A DNA stretch of 17,940 nt from Abditibacteriaceae bacterium (GCA_031425655.1 JANPJS010000184.1:1-17940); one strand, 5' to 3'. Counted from the stretch's first letter, positions 1 to 7,873 are shown. Numbers and translations: made by a program. The notes: generated from the letters alone by a model not told the origin.

Positions 1-114
1 AATGGAACACGGAGCTTCGCTACACGGAAACGACACCGATTTTCACGGATTTTTCTTTGAATTAAGCCGCGTAAATCCGTGTCGTTTCCGTGTAGCGAAG
101 CTCCGTGTTCCATT
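1..114. repeat. Long inverted repeat (REP/MITE-like hairpin), possibly truncated by the window edge
   Basis: 1-36 (aatggaacacggagcttcgctacacggaaacgacac) is the exact reverse complement of 79-114. Pairing extends to 1-42/73-114 with one mismatch. It lies just downstream of the dehydratase stop. Confidence 0.9.
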
Positions 115-143
115 TAAAAGTTGTGGGTTGAGGAAAACAAATT

Positions 144-1346
144 CTAAGGTGTAAACGGCGTGCCGTCGGGCAGGCGAGTTTGCGTCCATTCGGGCACGCC
201 GGGTTCGCAGGGAAAGCGCGCCGCGAGTGCTTCGTCAATATCCACACCTAAGCCGGGCTTGTCGTTGATGTAGGCGTAGCCGGCGCGCAATTGCGGGCAG
301 CCGGGAAAAACTTCGTGTTCGGTTTCGCTAAAGCCGGCCCATTCCTGAATGCCGAAGTTGCGCGAATTCAAATCGAGGTGCAAATTGGCGGCGTGTCCAA
401 TCGGCGACACATCGCCCGGCCCGTGCCAGGCGGTGCGCACGCCGAACGCCTCGCACAGCGTGGCTAATTTTCGCGCCGGAGTCAGGCCGCCGATGGCGCT
501 GATATGACAGCGAATAAAGTCAATCAATCGTTCGCTGATTAACGGCAGCCATTCGACGGGATGCACGAACAATTCGCCCATCGCCAGCGGCGTGGAACAC
601 TGCTGACGAATAATGCGAAACCATTCGATATGCTCCGGCGGCAAGGCGTCTTCCAAGAAAAATAGGCGAAACGGCTCCAATTGTTTGGCTAATCGCACGG
701 CTTCGATAGGCACTAATCGCTCGTGAATGTCGTGCAGCAATTCGACCTCGAAGCCGAGTTCTTCGCGCAGATGCGTGAACATTTTGGGCACGCTGCGCGC
801 GTAGGCGTCCGGGTCGTAATACGCGCCGGGCAAGGCGCCTTCGGGCCGGCGTTCGGCGGTCGAGCGGCCTCCGTAGCCGCCCATCTGGCAGCGAATATAA
901 TGAAATCCTTGTTCCATCAAGGCACGCACGTTGTCGGCGACTTCCTGCGGGTCGCGCCCGTCGGCGTGGCGATAAACGGCGACTCCATCGCGGCATTTTC
1001 CGCCCAAAAGCTGATAAACCGGCATTCCGGCCAGCTTGCCTTTGATGTCCCACAACGCCATATCCACGCCCGACAGCGCGTTGTTGAGAACCGGGCCGTT
1101 GCGCCAGTAAGAATTGACCCACGCCGTTTGCCAGATGTCTTCGATGCGCTGCGGGTCGCGGCCAACAAGCAGAGGCTTCAGAAATTCTTCGACGGCGACG
1201 GCCACAGCGCTATGACGCTGCGTGAAAGTCGCACAGCCGACGCCGTAGAGTCCCGGTTCGGAAGTTTCGACTTTCACTACGATCAAGCGGATGCCGCGCG
1301 GCGCGGTGAGAATCACGCGCACGTCGCGGATGGTAATTTCAGACAT
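144..1346 (-). CDS. Enolase-superfamily (mandelate racemase/MLE) acid-sugar dehydratase, RspA/D-mannonate dehydratase-like, 400 aa
   Basis: Motifs YWRNGPVLNNALSGVDMALWDIKGK, LLHDIHER, FFLED, LAMGE, AWHGPGD and NFGIQE. Start set at MSEITIRDV (ATG at 1346), preceded by an AAAGG SD-like sequence. Confidence 0.9.
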   Translation of the reverse strand: MSEITIRDVRVILTAPRGIRLIVVKVETSEPGLYGVGCATFTQRHSAVAVAVEEFLKPLLVGRDPQRIEDIWQTAWVNSYWRNGPVLNNALSGVDMALWDIKGKLAGMPVYQLLGGKCRDGVAVYRHADGRDPQEVADNVRALMEQGFHYIRCQMGGYGGRSTAERRPEGALPGAYYDPDAYARSVPKMFTHLREELGFEVELLHDIHERLVPIEAVRLAKQLEPFRLFFLEDALPPEHIEWFRIIRQQCSTPLAMGELFVHPVEWLPLISERLIDFIRCHISAIGGLTPARKLATLCEAFGVRTAWHGPGDVSPIGHAANLHLDLNSRNFGIQEWAGFSETEHEVFPGCPQLRAGYAYINDKPGLGVDIDEALAARFPCEPGVPEWTQTRLPDGTPFTP

Positions 1347-1417
1347 GGAATGGCCTTTCAAAAGATGCACGGCTGCGCCCAAGTAAAACCAAGCCGGGCC
1401 GTTCTGTCACAGCATTG

Positions 1418-1463
1418 GAAAGCGCAATGCGAAAGCGCAATGCGAAAGCGCAACGCGAAAGCG
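1418..1463. repeat. 13-bp direct tandem repeat GAAAGCGCAA(T/C)GC x3.5
   Basis: Units at 1418-1430, 1431-1443, 1444-1456 and a partial unit at 1457-1463, in the divergent intergenic region about 70 bp upstream of the dehydratase start. Confidence 0.85.
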
Positions 1464-1822
1464 GGGTAATTGGCAACGCCGATAGTCTTGGCGAAAGCTG
1501 TGCTAAAGCCGGCGCGTCTCCAACACAGCAAAGGAAAATTCCATGAACCACTTTCAAAACCTCGTCCTGATTTTTCGTCGGGGAATTCGTTTCGCTCCAA
1601 GAGCGGCCCGCCGCGCGTGGCGTCGTCGCGCCATCAATCAGTTCAAGGCGCGGCATTTAATGCAGGACAGCTTCCAATCGGCGCGGCGCTAAGCCGCCAA
1701 ATGCCTCGAACCATCGCTTTCGTGAACACTTTTCGAGAATTCCGCAAAGCCGCTGCGAGTTGAAACAGCAGGCGCGCTGTCAAAGCTGCGCGTTGTTGAA
1801 ATTGACTTGAGGAATTGAAATT

Positions 1823-2767
1823 ATGAAGTTCACAGAAAAAGGCAAACACGCCGTTTTTGCGTATCGCAAACAAATGGCGCTCTGGCTGATTTTGCTGGCG
1901 GTCTCGCTGCGCGTGACGGCGCAGCCCGCGACGCCGCTCGTAGAAAAAGATGTCGTTTACGGCGAAGTCGGCGAGCAAAAGCTGAAGTTGGACGTGTATC
2001 GCAAAGCCGCGCCCGAAGCCGGGCAAGCGTTGCCGGCAGTCATCGCCGTGCATGGCGGCGGCTGGAGCGGCGGCAGCAAAAATGATTTCGCCGATTTGTG
2101 CCGTGTTTTGGCCAACGAAGGCTACGTCGCGTTTTCGGTAAATTATCGTTTGGTGACGGCAGCCGGCAACAAATTTCCGGCGCAAATTGACGATGTGCAG
2201 CGCGCCGTGCGCTGGGTGCGCTCCCGTGCCGCGCAATATGGCATTGACCCCAATCGCATCGGTGCCGTTGGCGCGTCGGCGGGCGGCCATTTGGTTTCGT
2301 TATTGGGCACGATGGAAACGCGCGACAACAGCGATGTCGCGCTGGCGAATTATTCCAGCCGCGTCAATTGCGTCATTGATTTGTTTGGCCCCAGCGACCT
2401 GACTGTCCCGACGCTAAAAAACCAATGGCCGACCGAGGGCATGATGGCCATTGCAATGGCCTTAGTTACTAATTTCTTAGGCAAAAAGCCCGACGAAGCG
2501 CCCGAAATCTACCGGGAGGCTTCGCCGATTACGCACATTGACAAGAAAACGGTGCCGTTTCTGATTTTCCACGGCACCGCCGACCCGTTGGTGCCGCTTG
2601 ACCAATCGCAGCGATTTTACGACGCGCTCAAAAAAGCCGGCATCGAAGCGCAATTTATCAAGTTCGAGGGCGAAGGACACGGCTTCCAAAAGCCGGAAAA
2701 CATTCAGACTTTGATGGAAACCTCGCGCGCGTTTCTTCAGAAAAACTTAGCCAAACCAGCGAATTAG
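1823..2767 (+). CDS. Secreted alpha/beta-hydrolase esterase (HSL/BD-FAE-like)
   Basis: HGGGW oxyanion motif, GASAG nucleophile elbow, HGTADPLV (Asp) and EGHGF (His). N-terminal signal-peptide-like segment; the true start may be the second Met (MALWLILLAVSLRVTAQ). Confidence 0.9.
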   Translation: MKFTEKGKHAVFAYRKQMALWLILLAVSLRVTAQPATPLVEKDVVYGEVGEQKLKLDVYRKAAPEAGQALPAVIAVHGGGWSGGSKNDFADLCRVLANEGYVAFSVNYRLVTAAGNKFPAQIDDVQRAVRWVRSRAAQYGIDPNRIGAVGASAGGHLVSLLGTMETRDNSDVALANYSSRVNCVIDLFGPSDLTVPTLKNQWPTEGMMAIAMALVTNFLGKKPDEAPEIYREASPITHIDKKTVPFLIFHGTADPLVPLDQSQRFYDALKKAGIEAQFIKFEGEGHGFQKPENIQTLMETSRAFLQKNLAKPAN

Positions 2768-2782
2768 GACTTGCTTCGCAGA

Positions 2783-2816
2783 AAAGGGCCATCCGGCAAT
2801 TGCCGGATGGCCCTTT
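2783..2816. terminator. Perfect 34-bp palindrome downstream of the esterase; probable intrinsic terminator or REP-like hairpin
   Basis: aaagggccatccggcaattgccggatggcccttt is fully self-complementary with no spacer and begins 15 bp after the stop codon. Confidence 0.65.
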
Positions 2817-2990
2817 CAACGACATCACTATTTGGCATGGCATCTGCTTATGGGTGCCACGCCGATTCCTCACAATTTACGGAGTTATTTCGAGTTAAAC
2901 TATCCGACCAGCAACGAACGCCGTGGTTGGACTAAGTTTGTGGCAAAACCAAGCCGAATAAGCGCAAAATCCACGCAGTAGGAGGGCAGC

Positions 2991-3398
2991 ATGAAGAGCG
3001 TCAGAGAAATTCTTACCGACTTTAGCGAAATGGGTTCGCAGCATTATTTTCAAATGCACAGCGGGCACGAGTGTGAAGGCTGGATTGTTTCGGTCGAAGA
3101 CGATCATGTTCTCTTCGTGGATTGCGACCCTCTGGCGGGAAAAGAAGAAGCCAAAGTGCGTTTTGGCGCCATTGCTTTGGGCACTTTAGCCTATCGTGAT
3201 GAAGATCAGAAGAGCTGGGTCAACGTGCGTTGGGATGATGCTGCGGCAAAATGGACGCAAACGATTATTGTGCCCGATGAACCGCCAATTGAGCCGGTCG
3301 AGCCGGTGAATACTTCGTTTTGGGACAAATTCAAGCGTCCTAAAAACTCCGCAGATGTCCGTGCTGCAACGCCTCTCTCCAAGCCCGGCAACCGTTGA
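2991..3398 (+). CDS. Hypothetical protein, 135 aa
   Basis: Strong SD (AGGAGG) 5 nt before ATG, protein-like composition, and it fills the gap without overlapping neighbours. Confidence 0.8.
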   Translation: MKSVREILTDFSEMGSQHYFQMHSGHECEGWIVSVEDDHVLFVDCDPLAGKEEAKVRFGAIALGTLAYRDEDQKSWVNVRWDDAAAKWTQTIIVPDEPPIEPVEPVNTSFWDKFKRPKNSADVRAATPLSKPGNR

Positions 3399-3405
3399 GC
3401 TTTTC

Positions 3406-5253
3406 TTAATCGCGCCGCGCGATCAGATGCCGATCCGCGAAATCCATAAAGCATTTCCAATCGTATTCGGTCAAACCGTGCTTGCCGGTTCTCAGGTGAT
3501 AACCGATACGCCCGTCGTGCATTGGCGCTTCCGCCTTAGGAAAGACGTCCGACGCTAAGCCTTTTAAACCAAAAAGCCGATAAACCGGGCCGGCTTCGAT
3601 TCCGGCTAAAAACTCAGCTTTCGGATCGGCCCATGTGTCGTCCGAGGCGCTGGTAATGTAAAGCAGACGCGGCGCAATCAGGGCGGCCAACTGGTGCTGA
3701 TCTACGGGAAGTTCGTTTTCGCGGTCGTTGAACTTCTTATAATTGGCGTTAAACCAGTGCGGAAAATTCGTGTTGATGTCCTTGATTTTCTCGCCCTGCT
3801 TGCCGCGCGCGATGGCCGCGCCGCTACTGCCCGAATTGTTGCTGACTGTCATTGCGAATCGCTCGTCTTCGGCCCCGGCCCACAGCGCCGCTTTGCCGCC
3901 GCGCGAATGGCCCACGACGGCAACGCGCGTGGCGTCAATAGCAGCATCTGTTTGCAAATAATCCATGACGCGGCTGGCGCCCCACGCCCACGCCGCGATG
4001 GCGCCCCAGGCGTCGGGTGCGCGCTTTCCGGGCACGTCGAATAATGCCGGAGCGCCCTCGTAAAACTTTATTTTGTCGTCGGCGGCCACGTCCGCGTTGA
4101 GAAAAACCGCCGCCGCGTAACCGCGCGCCACAATTTGCTCCGCCGGCCAAAACGGGCTTGGTTTAGCGCGCGTTGCGTCCATATGTTCGGCGCCGCGATT
4201 GTTAATAAACACGAAGCACGGCACCGGCTTATCGCTTTTGGGAACGAACATCAAAAGTTGAATCGCGCCCTTGCCGCCGCGCCCTTCGTAGGAAATTTCG
4301 ACGTGCTTGCGCGTGGCTTTGCCGTCCATCACGTCCGGCGTGGGCGTAATGTGGAACTTCATGGCCGGCGGGCGGCTAACCGGCGCACGTCCGTAGATGT
4401 TTTCGCGGAACAATTCAAGCAGTTCGGGGCGCCGCCGGGCTTTCCAATCGGCAGCAGAAGTCACTTTTGTGCCGTCGCGCAGTGTCAAAGCGTCGGGCAG
4501 TTCGATTTTCGCGTCGTGCAAAGTCACGCTTGTCAGCATTATTAATCCCATCGCGTATTGATTCATGGTCAGTCTGGTTTGAGGTGCAGATTGGCAGTGT
4601 GTTTCGCCGCGCGTTTGCCGGCACAGACGCCAAGCCAATCGCAGCACATCGTCGGCGTCGTCCACGTCGTCCCATTGCGGCACGAGTTGGAACGATAAAC
4701 CGAGGCGTCCGGCGTTGTCAAGCGTGCGTTCGAGCGTTTCCGGCGCGCTCCACGGCACGTTGTCGAAAAGGGATGGCGGCAGCGTGCGCGAGGCTCCGAT
4801 GAGATAAAAACCGCCGTCGCGCGCCGGGCCGAAGACTAAATCGGCTTCGCGCAGCGCCGCGAAAGTCTGCGCGATGAATTCCGGCGGTAAATCGGGGCTG
4901 TCCGAGCCGAGCAGCACGATTTTTTCGGCGCCGCGCGCGAACAAATCTTCAAACGCGCCGCGCATTTTTAGGCCTAAATCGCCGTCGCTTTGCGGCATTC
5001 GTTCGCCGTTCCAAAAGGCCGTTAGCGAATGCGGGCCGGGCGCGAAAGCGTCGGCGGGCGTGAAGGCAACGCAGACTTGGCAAGCTTCAATTTCGCGGGC
5101 GGCAGTTTGCGCGAGGGCAAGGCAATCGTGCAGCATCGCGCGATAAAGTGCAGTCGCCGCTTCGGTGCCGAAATGTGCGACCAAGCGCGTTTTGACTGTG
5201 CCCGGACGGGGCGCACGCGCGAAAACAACGATGTAATTCACCTTACGCACCAT
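3406..5253 (-). CDS. In-frame fusion: N-terminal TIGR04282/DUF2064-like (CofC-like GT-A) transferase + C-terminal CE15 glucuronoyl-esterase-like alpha/beta hydrolase
   Basis: N-part motifs FARAPRPGTVKTRL, QSDGDLG, LLGSDSPDL, GPARDGGFYLIG and WDDVDD. C-part motifs WKARRRPELLELFRENIYG, WGAIAAWAWGASRVMDYL, GHSRGGKAALWAGA, LPVDQHQLAALIAPR and GKHGLT. There is no stop between them. Start is uncertain (5262, 5253 or a nearby GTG). Confidence 0.85.
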   Translation of the reverse strand: MVRKVNYIVVFARAPRPGTVKTRLVAHFGTEAATALYRAMLHDCLALAQTAAREIEACQVCVAFTPADAFAPGPHSLTAFWNGERMPQSDGDLGLKMRGAFEDLFARGAEKIVLLGSDSPDLPPEFIAQTFAALREADLVFGPARDGGFYLIGASRTLPPSLFDNVPWSAPETLERTLDNAGRLGLSFQLVPQWDDVDDADDVLRLAWRLCRQTRGETHCQSAPQTRLTMNQYAMGLIMLTSVTLHDAKIELPDALTLRDGTKVTSAADWKARRRPELLELFRENIYGRAPVSRPPAMKFHITPTPDVMDGKATRKHVEISYEGRGGKGAIQLLMFVPKSDKPVPCFVFINNRGAEHMDATRAKPSPFWPAEQIVARGYAAAVFLNADVAADDKIKFYEGAPALFDVPGKRAPDAWGAIAAWAWGASRVMDYLQTDAAIDATRVAVVGHSRGGKAALWAGAEDERFAMTVSNNSGSSGAAIARGKQGEKIKDINTNFPHWFNANYKKFNDRENELPVDQHQLAALIAPRLLYITSASDDTWADPKAEFLAGIEAGPVYRLFGLKGLASDVFPKAEAPMHDGRIGYHLRTGKHGLTEYDWKCFMDFADRHLIARRD

Positions 5254-5268
5254 GCTGTGCATCCGTGT

Positions 5269-5458
5269 TTTTTAACGGGAAGGCGGTAAGAACGGGAAGG
5301 CGAGAAGAGATTTGAGTGTTTTGGACGGGCAGGCATCCCATTCTCGGTTGGGTTTGCGCTTAGATATTGTGTTCGGTCTAGGTTCAAGCCGCATTTGCGC
5401 CTCGTCAACTCTTTCAAGACTTCCCGTCTTCTCGTTCTTTCCGTCCTCCCGTTAAAAA
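5269..5458. repeat. ~190-bp element with imperfect 39-bp terminal inverted repeats (MITE/REP-like)
   Basis: 5269-5307 versus the reverse complement of 5420-5458 shows 6 mismatches, 5 of them A/G transitions. The arms have an internal ~9-nt periodicity (CGGGAAGG/CGAGAAGA). Confidence 0.8.
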
Positions 5459-5494
5459 CGGCGAAACCGCGTAAGATGAGGATGTAATTCGCCG

Positions 5495-6148
5495 TCACAC
5501 TGATGCGCTCCGCGCCGCTGCGATAAAAGCCGCGACTTTGGCGTGATCTTTCAAGCCTTTCCGCGCTTCAACGCCGCTGACGGCATCCACAGCCCACGGA
5601 CGCACGCGGCCAATGGCTTCCGCGACGTTTTCAGGCGTCAGGCCGCCGGCCAAAATCACGCGGGCGCCGCTTTCGGCCAAGTCGCGCGCTAAATTCCAAT
5701 CACTGAGCTTTCCGGTTCCGCCGTAAATCGTGCCGGTTTGCGAAGTCGCGCGGGCGTCCACTAAAAGCGCATCGGCTCCGGCGTTTAGCATCGAATCGGC
5801 GCGCGTGGCGTCGTGAATCGCCGTCCAAATTGTCAGGCCGTCGCTTTTGAGTTGGGCTACCAATTCGGGCGATTCGTCGCCGTGCAATTGCAAAACGTCG
5901 GGCTGTAATTCGTCGCGCAAGCGGCGAATGTGGTCAAGCGGAAGGTTGACGGATAGCAGCACGAAAGCGATGTTCGCTTCGTGCGCGGCGGCGCGCAAGT
6001 CACGCGCGGTTTCAAGCGTCACGTTGCGCGGCGACGGCGGGAAATCTACGATCACGCCGATGAAATCGGCGCCATTTCGCGCTGCGACGAACAAATCGTC
6101 GCGGTTGGTGGTGCCGCAAATTTTGATGAAAGGCGGCGCGGTTTGCAT
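5495..6148 (-). CDS. trpF: Phosphoribosylanthranilate isomerase
   Basis: IKICGTT, LQLHGDES, GGTGK..DW, ILAGGLTPENV, VDAVSGVE and KDHAKV motifs. Confidence 0.95.
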   Translation of the reverse strand: MQTAPPFIKICGTTNRDDLFVAARNGADFIGVIVDFPPSPRNVTLETARDLRAAAHEANIAFVLLSVNLPLDHIRRLRDELQPDVLQLHGDESPELVAQLKSDGLTIWTAIHDATRADSMLNAGADALLVDARATSQTGTIYGGTGKLSDWNLARDLAESGARVILAGGLTPENVAEAIGRVRPWAVDAVSGVEARKGLKDHAKVAAFIAAARSASV

Positions 6149-6158
6149 AACGGAGCGT

Positions 6159-6596
6159 TCAACTGCTGGCTTTGGCGTGCGCCGCTTTGAGAAATTCGAG
6201 TGTGAATTCGGGGTTCCGATAGCCGCTCGTGAACAAAGCGGGTTGGCCCTGCGAATTCAGCACGAGCAGCATCGGCAGCGAAGACGCGCGGTATTTCGCG
6301 GCGATTTCGGGCTGTTTGTCTACGTCAATGGCCAACAAAACCCAGCGCGAGGCTTCCGGCTTGAAAATTGGCGCCTCGAAAACCTGTTCGCGCATCATGT
6401 GGCAGGGGCCGCACCAATCGGCCTGAAAATCAATGAGGATCGGTTTACCGGTTTCGCGCGCGGTTTTTAGCGCTTCTTCAAGCGAAGTCAGCCAGACTGC
6501 GGGCTGCGTTTGGCCGGTGCTTTCGCGCAATCGTGGCAGCAAGAGGAAGCCGATTAACAACAGGCCGAGCGCCCATTTCATCAGAGATTTCTTCAT
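6159..6596 (-). CDS. Exported/membrane-anchored thioredoxin-family protein
   Basis: KPILIDFQADWCGPC active site, cis-Pro loop (SLPM), N-terminal hydrophobic signal/anchor. Confidence 0.9.
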   Translation of the reverse strand: MKKSLMKWALGLLLIGFLLLPRLRESTGQTQPAVWLTSLEEALKTARETGKPILIDFQADWCGPCHMMREQVFEAPIFKPEASRWVLLAIDVDKQPEIAAKYRASSLPMLLVLNSQGQPALFTSGYRNPEFTLEFLKAAHAKASS

Positions 6597-6609
6597 AGCG
6601 GGCTGCGCG

Positions 6610-7062
6610 TCACGCCTTCTTTTTGGCTTTGGTGTAGGCGGTTTTTATAAATTTCAAAGTCGCCGCCGGGCCGCCGTAGCCGACCTGCTGGCTCACGATT
6701 TTACCGCGTGAATTGAGAACGAGAAGCGTCGGGAAGCCCTGCACGCCGTAGAAAGAGGCCAGTTCAGCGTGCTTGTCGCCATCGAGATCGAGCAGCACCC
6801 AGCGCGAGGCTTCTTTGGCGAACGGCGGCTTTTGAAATACTTCCTTTTTCATCAGCAGGCAGGGGCCGCACCAACTGGTATTAACATCAACCAGAATGGG
6901 TTTGCCGGTTTTTTTCGCTTGCGCCAGGGCATCTTTGCGCGAGTGAAACCAGACGGGTTTGGCAGCAGCTTTGGTCGCCGAGCGCGCGTGCGCCGGCAGC
7001 GAAATGACGCTCGGCAAACCGAGAAAAGTGCAAACGACGGCGAGTTTTAGGGTGGTTTTCAT
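6610..7062 (-). CDS. Exported thioredoxin-family protein (paralog of neighbour), 150 aa
   Basis: KPILVDVNTSWCGPC, GFPT loop, signal peptide ending in AHA. Start MKTTLK overlaps the pth stop (ATGA). Confidence 0.9.
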   Translation of the reverse strand: MKTTLKLAVVCTFLGLPSVISLPAHARSATKAAAKPVWFHSRKDALAQAKKTGKPILVDVNTSWCGPCLLMKKEVFQKPPFAKEASRWVLLDLDGDKHAELASFYGVQGFPTLLVLNSRGKIVSQQVGYGGPAATLKFIKTAYTKAKKKA

Positions 7063-7661
7063 GGTGTGGGTGAGGTTTCCGTGGACGGCGGCGCGTTGAA
7101 GCGGTTCATGGCGATTTCCAAGCCTTCGCGGACGAAAGTTTCCACACAATCCGCCGCGCGATTGATGCTTTCCGCGACCAGCGCCGCTTCGTCCGGCAAA
7201 AACGGGCGAAGGACGTAATCGGCGGTGCCTCGTTCCTGACGCTCCTCGCTGGCCGGCTCGCCGACACCGAAGCGCAATCGCGCGAAATTGTTGTCGCCAA
7301 GATGCTGCGCGATGGATTTTAGCCCGTTTTGCCCGCCGTGACTGCCGTTTGCGCGCAGTCGCAGGCGCCCGGTGGCGAGATTTAAGTCGTCGGTGAGAAT
7401 CAGCAGTCGCTCGCGCGGCGTGTTGTGATAACGCAGCAGCGCGGCCACGCTGCGCCCCGACAAATTCATGAAGGTTTGCGGCTTGGCCAACATCGCGCGC
7501 TGCTCGCCGATTAAGCCGCTGCCGATTTTGGCCTCGCAGTTGGTGCGTCCGAATTCGACGCTGTGACGCCGCGCAACTTCAGCCAAAATCATCCAGCCGA
7601 TGTTGTGTCGCGTGCGCGCATATTGCGCCCCCGGATTGCCCAATCCCACGATTAAGTGCAT
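7059..7661 (-). CDS. pth: Peptidyl-tRNA hydrolase, 200 aa
   Basis: MHLIVGLGNPG..YARTRHNIG, KPQTFMNLSG, DDL, HGGQNGLKSI and RLRFGVG motifs. Canonical position after rplY. Confidence 0.96.
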   Translation of the reverse strand: MHLIVGLGNPGAQYARTRHNIGWMILAEVARRHSVEFGRTNCEAKIGSGLIGEQRAMLAKPQTFMNLSGRSVAALLRYHNTPRERLLILTDDLNLATGRLRLRANGSHGGQNGLKSIAQHLGDNNFARLRFGVGEPASEERQERGTADYVLRPFLPDEAALVAESINRAADCVETFVREGLEIAMNRFNAPPSTETSPTP

Positions 7662-7673
7662 ATTTTCGACTTT

Positions 7674-7819
7674 CCGGGGCAATAAATGCTCCGGCAGACT
7701 CAAAAGTGGCCTCACGGCCACCGGAAAAACCACAAATTCAGGCAACTTCGCCGTCAAGTTTAAGCTCTGATACGGTCGCGAGACCGTTTTTTGAGCTGCC
7801 GGGGCATTTATTGCCCCGG
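7674..7819. repeat. REPIN-like element: two inverted REP-like palindromes, each with an adjacent inner hairpin
   Basis: ccggggcaataaatgctccggcagactcaaaa (7674-7705) versus the reverse complement of 7789-7819 (ccggggcaataaatgccccggcagctcaaaa). Inner hairpins at 7706-7721 and 7772-7787. Confidence 0.85.
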
Positions 7820-7873
7820 TTAGCAACCTCGCACCGCTGTTTATAGCTCTCCGAGTCGTCTACACGGCTCCCA

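Noticed and set aside
1339..1763. Short ORFs in the dehydratase/esterase intergenic region
   Set aside because: No SD or family motifs, mutually overlapping, and some run through the 13-bp repeat.
3406..5253. Arsenosugar biosynthesis cluster implied by the TIGR04282-like domain
   Set aside because: No radical-SAM ArsS, ArsM methyltransferase or partner glycosyltransferase is present in the window, so the pathway cannot be supported.
5238..5498. 86-aa ORF MTANYILIL... as a real gene
   Set aside because: After about 12 codons it translates the inverted-repeat element. It is treated as a remnant start instead (see findings).
7662..7826. 55-aa N-terminal extension of Pth, and similar extensions on the dehydratase and second thioredoxin
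   Set aside because: Family homology or a better start context begins at the downstream Met, and the Pth extension is translated repeat DNA.
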